Positions 48,583 to 61,483 of a DNA stretch of 64,000 bases are shown here, one piece after another; position 1 is the first letter of the stretch, and each line of letters opens with the position of its first letter. The position numbers and the translations under genes are program-made. The notes under the pieces are model-generated. The model was not told the DNA's origin. It saw only the letters and a list, made by a program, of their open reading frames with translations, and made no database searches. The DNA is from Eledone cirrhosa. Taxonomy: Eukaryota. The stretch is from NCBI GenBank assembly GCA_964016885.1, contig OZ024757.1, positions 24,428,001 to 24,492,000 of the forward strand, written 5' to 3'.

Positions 48583-50537
48583 CGATACATCATAGAGAGG
48601 GTTGGCAACAAACCCGGCTTCGGTGGGGCCCTGATCAACTTGGATCAGTCTAAGGCCTTCGATAGGGTCGACCATGGTTACCTGGATGCGGTGCTAGCGG
48701 CGGCTGGGTTCGGTCCTGTTTTCAGAGGCTGGATCACTGCCCTACATAGCAACCACATCTGTTCTAGGATCAAGGTGAACGGCTACCTTTCGAAGCCGTT
48801 CGAAATCACACGATCCATTCGACAGGGGTGCCCTCTCTCCTCCCTTCTGTACGTATTGACTCTCGAGCCTTTACTGAGGAAGTTGGAGTTGTTGCAGGGT
48901 ATCCCCCTGGAACCAGGATTGAGCAAAGCGGTGTCGGCCTACGCCGATGACGTAACAGTAATGGTATCAACCGACTCGGAGATCGAGGCGATCGGTACCT
49001 TACTGGAGGAGTACGAAAGGTTGTCAGGAGCGAAACTGAACCGGGAAAAATCCATCGGGCTGCAACTCGGAACGTGGAGAGGCAAACCGATGCCTCCTGA
49101 CGGTGTCGTCGGACACTGGACGGAGGGCCCGGTAAAGTTGCTTGGGGTCTGGTTTGGACCAGACCTCCAGGTGGAAAAGAACTGGAACGAGGTTACGAAC
49201 AAGGTGTTTGCACTAACCCAGAAATGGGCCAAGTGTAAGCTGTCCCTAAAAGGCCGGGCGGAGGTGGCGAACATTTACATAGCGTCCGTCACTTACTACC
49301 GCCTGACTGTCGTGCCTTGCCCTAAGGAAACACTCACCACCATGGAACGCATGCTCTTCCAATTTCTTTGGAAGAAGCGTCCTCCTATGGTGAGAAGATC
49401 CATCTGCTGCCAACAACCTTCGAAAGGAGGGCTGGGGATGCCGTGGTTGATGATGCGTAGGCACGCATTAAGGCTACGGCACCTACAGGTATTCCTCACT
49501 GGTCAACCGGTGTGGGCTCCGTTCGTGAAACGAGCCTTTCCGAGACTCGTTTCACTCACCGAGCTACAGTCCTGGGTCAAGCAAAGATCCGGAAAACTGG
49601 GAGACTGGCACACTGAGTGTGCTCAGGCGCTCAGGGCTCTCTGGCAAGCGGGCCGGGCCATCGGTGGAGAATCCACCTCATCATTCTATAGAGGGCTGGT
49701 GGCTAGCAGGGGCGATGACACCCTTGGAGAGTCGCTGGACATGGAGGAAGACGAACTGGCCAGCCTGTTCGGTAGGACTTTCGGCCCAGGACCAATGGAC
49801 AACTTCCAGAAGTCACTGGCCTGGCAGTGCTACCGAGGGGCTCTACCCGTTCGAGAGAGGCTCTACAGACACGGGCGCCCGGGCAGGGATCCCTCAAAAA
49901 AGATTTGCCCTAGATGCGTGCGTCACGAAGAAACCGTGGCGCACGCATTGGTGCAATGTCCGGGCGTGGCTGATCTGTGGGGCTACGCCGAACAACTGCT
50001 GTCGCGGGTGGCGCCGATTAAATTGACCGCCGAGTCCGTGATGACAATCAAACCGCCTCCCCTCTTCACAAAGGAAGCAAAGGCGGTTTTTCTGTGCGTA
50101 ATAGCCATGTTGAAAGAGGTTGTTTGGTGGACACGATTGAAAGGTCTGAGGTCAGGCAACTTCCTCTCTGGCCATAGTCTGGTCTACTTCTTCCGATATC
50201 ACTTCGGAAGAAGGATAAGAATGGAGAGAGAGGTGCTTGGCCACAGGCAGTTTTATGAAAGGTGGGTGATAGTGGCGAGAATGGCTCGTGTAAATGGGCC
50301 TTCTCTGTATACCATCCTGTAGGTAAAGAAGTAAAGGAGAGGGGAGCACCTTCTCCATGTGCTCCCCGGGCAAAGGATTGCACACTTTTTCGGGGGTGTG
50401 TGCAACCCCCATCACGTCCCCTCCCTTTTGAGGTTATTTTCGATTATTTTCATGTTACACCCTTTTTACTCGATTATATGTAAACTCCCCCTTTGTATTT
50501 GTCCCTTCTTTTTATGCCTTTATGGTAAATAAAGAAA
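48583..50537 (+). mobile_element. Tx1-clade LINE copy 1 (5'-truncated; ORF2 open over 48640-50322)
   Basis: DQSKAFDRVDH, RSIRQGCPLS, AYADD, C-terminal CPRC..EETVAHALVQC knuckle; 3' aataaagaa then tcta. Confidence 0.93.
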
Positions 50538-50548
50538 TCTATCTGTCT

Positions 50549-50896
50549 AATCAGGATGGAGAGAGAGGTGCTGTACCCCAGCAAGTTTTATGAAAGGTGG
50601 GTGAAAGTGGCGAGAATGGCCCGAGTGAATGGGCCTTCTCTCTATATCAGCCTGTAGGTTGAGGAAAAGGAGGAGGAGAGGAAAGGAGTACAAGCTCTTC
50701 GTACTCCTGGAGATGAGGGTTGCACATTTTTTTTCGGGGGTATGTGTTACCCATATAAACTGTCTCCCTCTATTGGGGAAAATCGACTAACTTTTTAAAT
50801 TCCATTTGTGATAACATTTTACACGTTTTTATTGTATGTAAACTTCCCCCTTTGTATTTGTCCCCTTCTTTTGTGCCCCTGTGGCTAATAAAGAAA
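50549..50896 (+). mobile_element. Tx1-clade LINE copy 2 (short 3' end)
   Basis: Near-identical to ~52865-53212; followed by (TCTA)n. Confidence 0.9.
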
Positions 50897-50922
50897 TCTA
50901 TCTATCTATCTATCTATCTCTC

Positions 50923-53212
50923 TACCCTACGAATTTTACGTAGCAATGCCGGACTTATTCTCCGGTCTCCTGGAAGCGGTCTACTGCAACTGGCAACAGA
51001 ACGGGAGAATTCCCAGTTCTGTAACCGGGGGCGTGGTCACACTAATCAGGAAGGACGAGAATAAGGGGGATGACATAGGCAACTTCCGGCCCATAACTCT
51101 GCTAAACACAGAGTTACAGATTTTGGCCAAGGTGTTGGCAAAGAGGCTGGCGCTTGTCGTCGAGAACCTGGTGGGAGAAGCGCAGACATGCGCAATCCGG
51201 ACCAGGTCCATACACGACAACCTCCACCTCATGTGATACATCATAGAGAGGGTAGGGTGTAAACCCGGCTTCGGTGGGGCCCTGATCAACTTGGATCAGT
51301 CTAAGGCTTTCGATAGGGTTGACCATCGTTACCTGGATGCGGTGCTCGAGGCGGCAGGCTTCGGACCCGTGTTCAGGGGCTGGATCGCTGCAATGCACAA
51401 CAGCAACATCTGCTCAAGGGTCAAGGTGAACGGCTACCTCTCGGAGCCGTTCCATATTACACGATCCATTCGACAGGGATGCCCTCTCTCCTCCCTTCTG
51501 TACGTACTGACTCTCGAGCCACTACTGCGGAAGCTGGAGCTATTGCAGGGCATCCCTCTGGAACCGGGATTGCGGAAAGCGGCGTCGGCCAAAGCCGACA
51601 ACGTGACAGTAATGGTGTCGAGCGCCTCGCAAATCGAGGAAGTCGGCACCTTACTGAAGGAATACGAAAGTCTCACAGGAGCGAAGCTGAACCGGGACAA
51701 GTCCATCGGTTTGCAACTCGGATCGTGGAGAGGCAGACCGATGCCTTCCGATGGCGTCGTCGGACGCTGGACGGAAGGACCGGTAAAGCTGCTCAGGGTC
51801 TGGTTTGGTCCGGACCTCCAGGTGGAGAAGAACTGAAACGAAGTGACGGCCAAGGTGTTTGCACTCACCCAGAAGTGGGCCAAGTGCAAACTATCCTTGA
51901 AAGGTCGAGCGGAGGTGGCGAACACTTTTATAGCGTCCGCCATCTACTACCGCTTGACCGTCGTGCCTTGTCCAGCCAAAACGCTCGCCAAAATGGAGCG
52001 CGCGCTCTTCCGATTCCTTTGGAAGAGGCGGGCTCCTTTGGTGAGAAGATCCATCAGCTGCCAACACCCTTCTAACTGAGGGCTGGGGATGCCGTGGTTG
52101 ACGATGCGCAAACACGCGCTCAGGCTGCGGCATCTCTACGTATTCCTCACCGGACAACCGGTGTGGGCCCCGTTCGTGAGGCGAGCCTTCCCACGACTCG
52201 TCTCGCTGACCGAGCTGCAGTCCTGGGTCAAGCAAAGACCGAGAAAAATGGGCGACTGGCACATCGAATGTGCTCAGGCGCTCACAGCCCTCTGGCAGGC
52301 GGACCCGGCGATCAGTGGAGACTCCACTTCGTCATTCTATAGAGGGTTGGTCCGCAGCAAGTGCGACGACACGCTCGGTGAAACTCTAGGCGCAGAGGAA
52401 GATGAACTGGCCAGTCTGTTCGGTAGGACCTTCCGCCCGGGACCGATGGACAACTTCCAAAAGTCCCTGGCCTGGCAGTGCTACCGAGGAGCTCTACCAG
52501 TTCGAGACAAGCTCTACAGACATGGGCGCCCGGGCAGGGACCCTACAAAAAAGATCTGTCCGAGGTGCGTGCGAGACGAAGAAACCGTCGCGCACGCATT
52601 CATACACTGCCCGGGTGTCACTGACCTGTGGGGCTATGTAGAACGACTATTGTCGCGGGTGGGACCAGTCCAGTTGACCACCGAGTCCATTGTCATGATC
52701 AAACCGCCACCCTCCTTCAAAAACGAATGAGAGGCGGTTTTTTTTTGTGTGATAGCTATGGCGAAAGAGGTTGTATGGTGGACAAGGTTGAAAGGGCTGA
52801 GGTCAGACACCTTTCTCTCCGGCCAACAACTGATTCTTTTTTTCAAATACCACTTTGGAAGAAGAATCAGGATGGAGAGAGAGGTGCTGTACCCCAGCAA
52901 GTTTTATGAAAGGTGGGTGAAAGTGGCGAGAATGGCCCGAGTGAATGGGCCTTCTCTCTATATCAGCCTGTAGGTTGAGGAAAAGGAGGAGGAGAGGAAG
53001 GGAGTACAAACTCTTCGTACTCCTGGAGATGAGGGTTGCACATTTTTTTTCGGGGGTATGTGTTACCCATATAAACTGTCTCCCTCTATTGGGGAAAATC
53101 GACTAACTTTTTAAATTCCATCTGTGATAACATTTTACACGTTTTTATTGTATGTAAACTTCCCCCTTTGTATTTGTCCCCTTCTTTTGTGTCCCTGTGG
53201 CTAATAAAGAAA
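50923..53212 (+). mobile_element. Tx1-clade LINE copy 3 (RT with several in-frame stops)
   Basis: NFRPITLLNTE, DQSKAFDRVDH, RQGCPLS, zinc knuckle; ORFs 50946-52973; tail aataaagaa(atct)n. Confidence 0.93.
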
Positions 53213-53281
53213 TCTATCTATCTATCTATCTCTCTATCTGTCTATCTGTCTATCTGTCTATCTGTCTATCTGTCTATCTGT

Positions 53282-54551
53282 CATCTACTACCGCTTGACT
53301 GTCGTGCCTTGTCCCCGTGAACACCTCGCCAAGATGGAACGCATGCTCTTCCAGTTTCTGTGGAAGAAGCAGGCTCCGCTGGTGAGGAGATCCGTCTGCT
53401 GTCAGCACCCTTCCAACGGAGGGCTGGGAATGCCGTGGCTGATGATGCGCAAACATGCGCTGAGGCTGCGGCATCTCCAGGTATTCCTCACCGACCCCCA
53501 ACCGGTGTGGGCACCGTTTGTGAGACAGGCTTTCCCACAGCTCGTCTCGCTAACGGAGCTGCAGTCCTGGGTGAAGAAAAGACCGAAAACGATGGGCGCC
53601 TGGCACATTGAATGCGCTCAGGCGCTCACAATCCTCTGGCAAGCGGGCGCAGCAATCAGTGGAGACTCCACTTCGACATTCTATAGAGGGATTGTACGTT
53701 ACAAGGGCGACGACGTGCTCGGAGAGACTCTGGGCGTCGAAGACGATGAGCTCACCAGTATGTTTGGTAGGACTTTCCCCCCGGGACCTATGGACAACTT
53801 CCAGAGGTCCCTGGCCTGGCAGTGCTACCGAGGAGCTCTACCGGTTCGTGACAAGATCTACAGGCACGGACGCCCTGGCAGGGATCCTTCCAAGAGGACG
53901 TGTCCAAGATGTGCGCAGGACATTGAAACAGTTCTGCACGCAATTGTACACTGCCCGGGCGTAAGCGACCTGTGGAACTATGCAGAACAACTGCTGTCGC
54001 GTATGGGACAAATACAGTTGACTGCCGAGTCCATAGTAAGGATCAAACCGCCAGACTCTTTCAAAAACGAAAGAGAGGCGGTTTTCCTCTGTACGGTGGC
54101 TATGGTGAAAGAAGTTATATGGTGGACGAGGTTGAGAGGACTGAGGACAGATGCCTTTCTCTCCGGACAACAATTGATTCCATTCTTTAAGTATCACTTT
54201 AGAAGGAGAATCAGGGTGGAGAGAGAGGCACTGCACCCCAGTAAATTTACTGAAAGGTGGGTGAATGAAGCGAAAATGGCCCGAGTGATTGGGCCTTCTC
54301 TGTTTATAAGCCTGTAGGTTGAGGAAGAGAGCAAAAGGAAGAAAGGAGCACTTGCGCAACACGCTCCTTGAGTTGAGGGTTGTTCTATCGACGGGGTATT
54401 AAACAACCCATTTGTGGCGCCTCCCCCCTATTGGGGATTTCGATTGTTGAAATTGTTTGTTTTTATATTTTTTACACGACTGTATGTAAAATCCCCGGCA
54501 TGTCTTTGTATTGTCCCCTTTCTTGTTGCGCCCTTGTGGCTAATAAAGAAA
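53282..54551 (+). mobile_element. Tx1-clade LINE copy 4 (distinct subfamily; ORF 53295-54317)
   Basis: GGLGMPWL, CPRCAQDIETVLHAIVHC; different 3' UTR; flanked by TCTA/TCTG tracts. Confidence 0.92.
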
Positions 54552-54608
54552 TCTATCTGTCTGTCTATCTGTCTATCTATCTGTCTGTCTGTCTATCTAT
54601 CTATCTGT

Positions 54609-55736
54609 CTCCTGGAGATGAGGGTTGCACATTTTTTCGGGGGTATGTGTTACCCATATGAACTGTCTCTCCCTATTGGGGAAAATCGACTAATTTTTTA
54701 AATTGCATTTGTGATAACATTTTACAAGTTTTTATTGTATGTAAACTTCCCCCTTTGTATTTGTCCCCTTCTTTTGTGCCCCTGTGGCTAATAAAGAAAC
54801 ATATCTGTCTGTCTGTCTGTCTGTCTGTCTGCTGTCTGACTTTGGAAGAAGAATCAGGATGGAGAGAGAGGTGCTGTACCCCAGTAAGTTTTATGAAAGG
54901 TGGGTGAAAGTGGTGAGAATGGCCCAAGTGAATGGGCCTTCTCTCTATATCAGCCTGTAGGTTGAGGAAAAAGAGGAGGAGCGGAAAGGAGTACAAACTC
55001 TTCGTACTCCTGGAGATGAGGGTTGCACATTTTTTTTGGGGGGGGTATGTGTTACCCATGTGTAATGTCTCCCCCTATTGGGGAAAATCGACTAATTTTT
55101 AAATTGCATTTTGTGATAATTTTTTACACGTTTTTAGTGTATGTAAACTTCCCCCTTTGTATTTGTGCCCTTCTTTTGTGCCCCTGTAGCTAATAAAGAA
55201 ACATATCTATCTATCTAGCAAAAATGGCCCGAGTGGTTGAGCCTTCTCTGTATATAAACCTGTAGGTTGAGGAAGACGAGAACACCTACAAAGCATGCTC
55301 CTGGTGTTGAGGGTTGTTCTATCTACGGGGTGTAAAACATCCACGCAGTAACGATCCCCCCTTTTGGGGGATTTTGATTGTTAATTTTTTGATATATAGT
55401 TTATTGTTATTTATTAATGTTTAAGTTTATACGATTTTTATGTAAAACCCTCGCCATGTCTTGTAATAAAGATATCTATCTATCTATCTTCTCTGTATAT
55501 AAACCTGTAGGTTAAAGAAGAGATCAAAAGGAAGAAAGGAGCACAACACGCTCCTGAAGTTGAGGGTTGTTCTACCGGCGGGGTATTAAACAACCCATTT
55601 GTGGCGCCTCCCCCCTATTGGGGATTTCGATTGTTATATTTATTTGTTTTATATTTTTACACGATTTTATGTAAAATCCCTAGCATGTGTCTTTGTTTTC
55701 TCCCCTTTTCTTGGGCGCCCTTGTGGCTAATAAAGA
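54609..55736 (+). mobile_element. Four short Tx1 3'-end copies (54609-54799, 54839-55201, 55218-55471, 55487-55736)
   Basis: Each matches the 3' end of the longer copies, ends in taataaaga and is separated from the next by TCTA/TCTG repeats. Confidence 0.88.
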
Positions 55737-56300
55737 ACTCATTAACTTACTAATGAGTTGGAAGCTGGTTCTAATTATGGTAATGCCAGTCAAAAATATT
55801 TTACCTTTACTCATTTGTAATACATCACCTTCTCTCCGTCAACCCTATATAGTCCCCACCCTCCCACCCACTCAAATACACACATTATATATGTAAGTGT
55901 ATATGTATATATGTGAAAAAAAATGTAAAAAACAAACAATTTAACCTAATAAAGAGCAGAGGGGACACTTCAGTTGTGTCAAGGGTATGACAACCTCCCT
56001 AGTGCCAGTGCCACAATAAAATGCACCCAGTACACTCTGTAAACTGCTGGAACATAATATGTAAGCAAGATGCAGATGCAGGGCTGTCCTCCGCCCCCAA
56101 TCCCCTCTATCTGAGAGGTCAGTACCAACTTGCTCTGTAACACCCCACCAAACCAATGCCAGCATGGAAAATCCCTGGCCAGTTGTATGATGATGATGCT
56201 GATATGGATATGTGTGTGGTTCACAAATTGAGAAATCACACAGGTCAGAGGCCCTGTCAGATATCAGTGTATGTAGGTGGAGAAATAGAGAGACTCACAC

Positions 56301-56333
56301 CTGCAGACATTCCCCACATTGGATTATGTTCTC
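56301..56333 (-). CDS. Possible 33-bp microexon (ENIIQCGECLQ)
   Basis: ttatttag acceptor (weak pyrimidine tract), CAG|gtgtga donor, phase 0/0, compatible with the neighbouring exons. Confidence 0.25.
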
Positions 56334-56525
56334 CTAAATAACTGCGACAACTCCCAGTTTATTTTTAAGAAAGTATTGTGCAATATTACGAGGTCAAGCA
56401 ACTACATATAAGGCTCTCTCTTTTTTTCTCCATCTCTCTATCTTTCTGTCTCTATTTCTTTTACACACACACACACACTATCTCTCTCTCACATACACAC
56501 TCTATATCACACTTTCTCACATTAT

Positions 56526-56560
<35 letters not shown>

Positions 56561-56604
56561 CCACCCCCTCTCTCCCTCTTTCTCTCAATGCAGCAAGGAG
56601 TCAC

Positions 56605-56781
56605 CTGAGAATGTGTAGGTAGACAAAAGAGACCCCCCTTTCTGGTGTCTCCCACAGGTAGACACTGTAACAGCTCCTCCTCTAACAATTCCTTAATATT
56701 ACAAAACAGGTCAACACCACCACACCTTGATAGTACTGGGGAGAACCCTCCACTCCCTCTGTCATGTTTTTCTAATAACAC
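56605..56781 (-). CDS. Putative host-gene exon (VLLEKHDRGSGGFSPVLSRCGGVDLFCNIKELLEEELLQCLPVGDTRKGGLFCLPTHSQ)
   Basis: 177 bp open, atag| acceptor and CAG|gtgact donor; both substitutions versus its partial duplicate are synonymous in this frame. Confidence 0.55.
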
Positions 56782-57763
56782 CTATCAAATCATACACATA
56801 TTGACACTATGACACTGATACACCCACACACACACATGCTCCTCCTCTAACAATTCCTTAATATTACAAAACAGGTCAACACCACCACACCTTGATAATA
56901 CTGGGGAGAATCCTCCACTCCCTCTGTCATGTTTTTCTAATAACACCTATCCAAATCATACACATATTGACACTATGACACTGATACACCCACACACACA
57001 CATGCATACAATGACAACACACATACAAACACAAATACCTCCGAGTGTTCAATCCACAGGTCCCACCATTAAGGCCCCACATATGAAATATACTGAGCTG
57101 AACAACTTTAATCATCAAAGATTCCACAAACAAGAGAGATCAAACAAGCAAAATTTTCACAAATTTTAAAGCAGAGCAGATGGTAGTAAATTTTGTCTTT
57201 AACATATGTGTGACTGTATTTTTAATGAAATATACTCTATTTCTATTAATAAATGAATTATTAATTATTTCATTACTAATATGATAATTTAACATAAGGG
57301 TCTTATATGAAATTATGTTTGAAAATTTTAATTTACTGCATATATTGAAGGTCACGGAGGAGATGACGAAGGACCGTGACAAATGGAGAGATGCTGTGCT
57401 GAATAGGACCCGTCCCACCCTTGCAAGCAGAGAAAAGCAGACGTAAAATGATGATGAAGATAAGCCAAGAAATATGTGACAAAAAACAAAATTGATGGTA
57501 AAATGGGGGTGGTCAGCTTGTATTTGAGGTCAATATTTTGCCAATTTTCAGCAACTTCAAAATTCTACATAAATGAGGTGCTAAGATATTTTCACCTTGG
57601 AGATAAATATCACACTGGTTTCACTTTTGAGATGAAATTTGTATTTCCTATTATAATTTGAATGAATATGGCTTTCAAAACAGTCAGAAATTGATAAAAA
57701 ATCATTATGTAGTGGAGTTATGAAACAAAAACTATCCTCTAAACAACACTTAAAACAAGTTAA

Positions 57764-57984
57764 CCCTTTAGCATTTAAACTAGCCATATCCGGTCAGAAT
57801 TCTCTCACGTCTTTCTGTTCAAACTGGCCATAATTAACCACTCATACTGATGTTAAGGTGTTCTTCTCAAAATAAATAATATCAAAATCTCACAGATTCA
57901 ATATTATGAGAGATATTATATAAGATAAAGCCTTTACTGTGAAACTACAATAGTATATATAGAGTAATAGTAGATGCTAAAGGA
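57764..57984. mobile_element. piggyBac-type MITE
   Basis: TTAA-CCCTTTAGCAT...ATGCTAAAGGA-TTAA; ends resemble those of 39480-40580. Confidence 0.75.
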
Positions 57985-59537
57985 TTAAATATCAAAATAT
58001 TAAAACTTCATGAGGATTTCAAAACCACACCATCTAAACAATGTTTAGATTAGCTGCCTTGGCTTATAAACGAGTTTTCAATTTTTGCCCATTTCTCAGA
58101 CATAAAATAAGGGAGTTGGCTTATATTAGAGTATATATGGTAGGGACCCAATAAATGAGTGACTTTCATAGAATTAGAGCTGGTTTTAGCCAGGTTGGTT
58201 TCAAAAGGTTAACTCTTTCATCACCATATTATGATATACATTATTTAAATTAATTAACAAAGAATTTTGAGGAATTTACAAGAATTACTAATTATTTCAT
58301 TACTAAGTAACTTATGGTTCTTATATAAAGTTATAAGATACTAACTTATGGCGGTGGTTGTGGTGGTGATGTTCAGAATTGGAGAGGATGGGGTCTACAA
58401 TGTTTAAAATGCCCAGGACACACCATATGTCATGATTCCATCAAAAGTTAAAGGTTCCTATACCTTTTACGAGCTTTGATTGAGCAGACATTTTTGATCA
58501 AGGGTGTTCCAGCCATCACCATTCTGCTTATTTTCTATATGAGGGACAATCTTTAATTCGGTATTTGTGTCAACCCTTACCTATAGTCATGAATCTTTGG
58601 TGATGACCAAACAAATATGATCATGAATACAAGCAGCCAAAGAGAGGTTCCTCCGAAGGGTCAGAGATCAGGGAGTCACTCCAGGTAGAGCTACTACTTC
58701 TCCGAATTGAGAGATTACGGCTCCAATACTATGGGTATGCGGTTAGAATGTCTCAGGATAGAATCGCTGGACAGATTTTATGGGCAAAACCAACAGGGAG
58801 AAGACCCAGGGTTAAACCCCAGGCAATATAATTGGATAACATCGATGAGCTTGGCTTATTACTTGGTTACTTCTGACAGGACCTGCAAGGAGTGTTTAAA
58901 GACCCTACCCCCATAACCCTCCCAGGAATAAGCAGGCAAAAGGACAACACTGATCTCTGTGTCCTCTCTTTTTTGTAAAAAAAAAAAAAAACCACTGGGG
59001 TTTGATGAGGGGATATTTAACTGCTATTTCTAGAAACCTGTGGGATGATATAGATGCCCACAACCACAACCCAATCCACCACCCATCCAGAGGCTTTGCT
59101 TTATAGCCTCAAGATAACACCACCTTGGAAGGGAGAGCGGGGTGCAACAGAATTAAAGCATATTTCAAAGGGTGTGTACATGTTGTGCAAAGTTCACATG
59201 AGCAACAGTGAAGATCGCCAGGGGCGAGAGAGAGAGAGTGACGAAGGGAAAGAGAGTCAGAGGGGATGGGAAAGAGCGGAAAGGAAAGAGAGAGTGAGAG
59301 AGGAAGAGACAGAGAGGGAAAGAGAGAGTGAGAGAGGAAGGGACAGAGAGTGAGAGAGGAAGGGAAAGAGAGAGGATTTGATGGAGGGGGGATTATGGCA
59401 CGAAAGACGTAGAGTTTTGGCCTTTTTTGTCTAGTTTGTACAAATTTATGCCAAGTAACGTGCTGAAATAGCTGTAATGAAGATAATAAACCAACTACCT
59501 ACTTACTTCCACACTTAAGATTCAAATATCAAAACAT

Positions 59538-59800
59538 TCATCATCATCATCATCATCATCTCCGTTTAACGTCCATTTTCCACGCTAGCATGGGTTAGAC
59601 GGGAGTTGTCTCACTTGAGGCAAGGTTGGTCGGGTGACCGTGTCTCGCTCATATAGGACTATCTGGCAGGTTTTCTACGGCTGGATGCCCTTCCTAACAC
59701 CAACCACATTTACAGTGTGGAACTGGGAACTTTTTACCGTGTTACCTAGACGGCCACATTACAGCGTGGACTGTGTGTGATTTTTCTCGTGACACCTACA
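59538..59800 (-). mobile_element. RTE family B 3' UTR fragment
   Basis: (CAT)n followed by sequence matching the reverse complement of ~45280-45510. Confidence 0.85.
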
Positions 59801-60200
59801 CGATCTCGATCTCATTTATCTCATTTAAATAGTATATATAGAGTAATAAACTTTAAACCCCAATACAGCTTTAAAGTATTTAGTAAAGTCAGTGGTCATT
59901 GTTGTTGTTATTGTTGGTGGTGGTGTTGGTGGTGGTGTTGGTGTTGGTGTTGTTGTTGGTGGTGGAGGTGTTTTTTTTTGTAATATATTTTGTCAGGTAA
60001 TATATTTTGTCTTTGGTTACAGGATTCTGCATGTCACAAGGTGGGCATAAAAAAGGAGTGATATCCTGGCTGCTCAGAATGGGAGTTACAAATACCACAA
60101 GGTATTTTTTGTTGTGTTCAAATGTACCTAGCCCAAGCAAGGTCAACCCTGATTGGAAGGTATTCCTCACAGGACTATCCCATCGGAGTGTTATTTTTAG

Positions 60201-60372
60201 ACAGTAAAGTTTAATTTGAGGGAGATTTGGCTGCTATTTCTACACAGTAAAGTTTAATTTGAAGGAGATTTGGCTGCTATTTCTACACAGCAAAGTTTAA
60301 TTTGAGGGAGATTTGGCTGCTATTTCTACACAGTAAGGTGTAATTTTAGGAAGATTTGGCTGCTATTTCTAG
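60201..60372. repeat. 43-bp tandem repeat (~4 copies)
   Basis: acagtaaagtttaatttgagggagatttggctgctatttctac at 60201, 60244 and onward. Confidence 0.9.
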
Positions 60373-60689
60373 CAGGATGAGCAGATAACATAAAAAAGAA
60401 ATACAAAAAATAAGTGCAGACTTTAAGAAAATAACCAAAATATAATTAAAACTATTTCTGGGCTTGGTTTATGGAGAATATGACATGCCATAGTGAGTTA
60501 ATATTCTTTTATCAGGTAAGAACACATAAACATGACACCAACTGAGGTCATACTCGATCGGGTAGTTTACACTATTAATAAAACACGACTGATCAAAGGC
60601 GCCGAATTGGCAGGGGACATTAGGACAAGATACCTTCTAGAATTTCTTCTGGCTTTCTGCATTCCTAGTTAAAATCCTGCTGAGGTCAA

Positions 60690-61060
60690 CATTCTTCTTC
60701 ATCTTTGCCTACTTATTCCAGGGCAGATCATGGGACAAAGTCCTCAAACACTCCTCCCAGCAGGTCCTATCAGAAGCAACTGTCTCTAATTGATCCAACT
60801 GGAACCCCAACTGAGACCATCTTGCTCGGGGTCTACCCTTGGGTCTCCTGCTGGTTGCTTTTGCTCGTAAAATCTCTCCAGTGATTCTTTCACCAGACAT
60901 TCTAATCTCATGTCCACAGTATCAGAGCTGTGATCTCTCAATTTGGAGAAGTAGCAGTTCTACCTCAAGCAATTCTCTGATATCCGAAACCCTTTGCAGC
61001 AACCCCATTTCGGCCACTTGTATTCAGTCATTATCCAAGATTCATGACTATAGGTAAAAG
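60690..61060 (-). mobile_element. Decayed RTE-like LINE fragment
   Basis: ORF 60709-60900 RRPKGRPRARW...VASDRTCW. Confidence 0.65.
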
Positions 61061-61430
61061 TTGTCATGAATACCAAGTTGAAGATAGCAAGTTTGGTTTT
61101 TACATCTTCTGATCACTGAATGCTGAAGCTGGCGCATTACTGCATATATACAGTTTACTGCATATATACATTACTGCATATATACAGTTTACTCAGCTGT
61201 AGAAATGAGATGATAGGGACTGGGTCATTCCACTGCAAAGTGGTCGTGGAGGTGCCACGGCAAAAAAGCACCCAGCACTCACTGTAAATGAGGTTGGTGT
61301 TAGGAAGAGCATCCAGCTGTAGAAATCAAGCCAGAACCAGTTCCCGTCTCACCCTTGCAAGCAGGGAAAAAGCGGACGTAAAAATGAAATGATGATGATG
61401 AATGATACATATATAAACATATATATATGG

Positions 61431-61478
<48 letters not shown>

Positions 61479-61483
<5 letters not shown>

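Noticed and set aside
59889-60207. Possible exon on either strand
   Set aside because: Splice signals are ambiguous, no recognisable protein, and it is flanked by simple and dispersed repeats.
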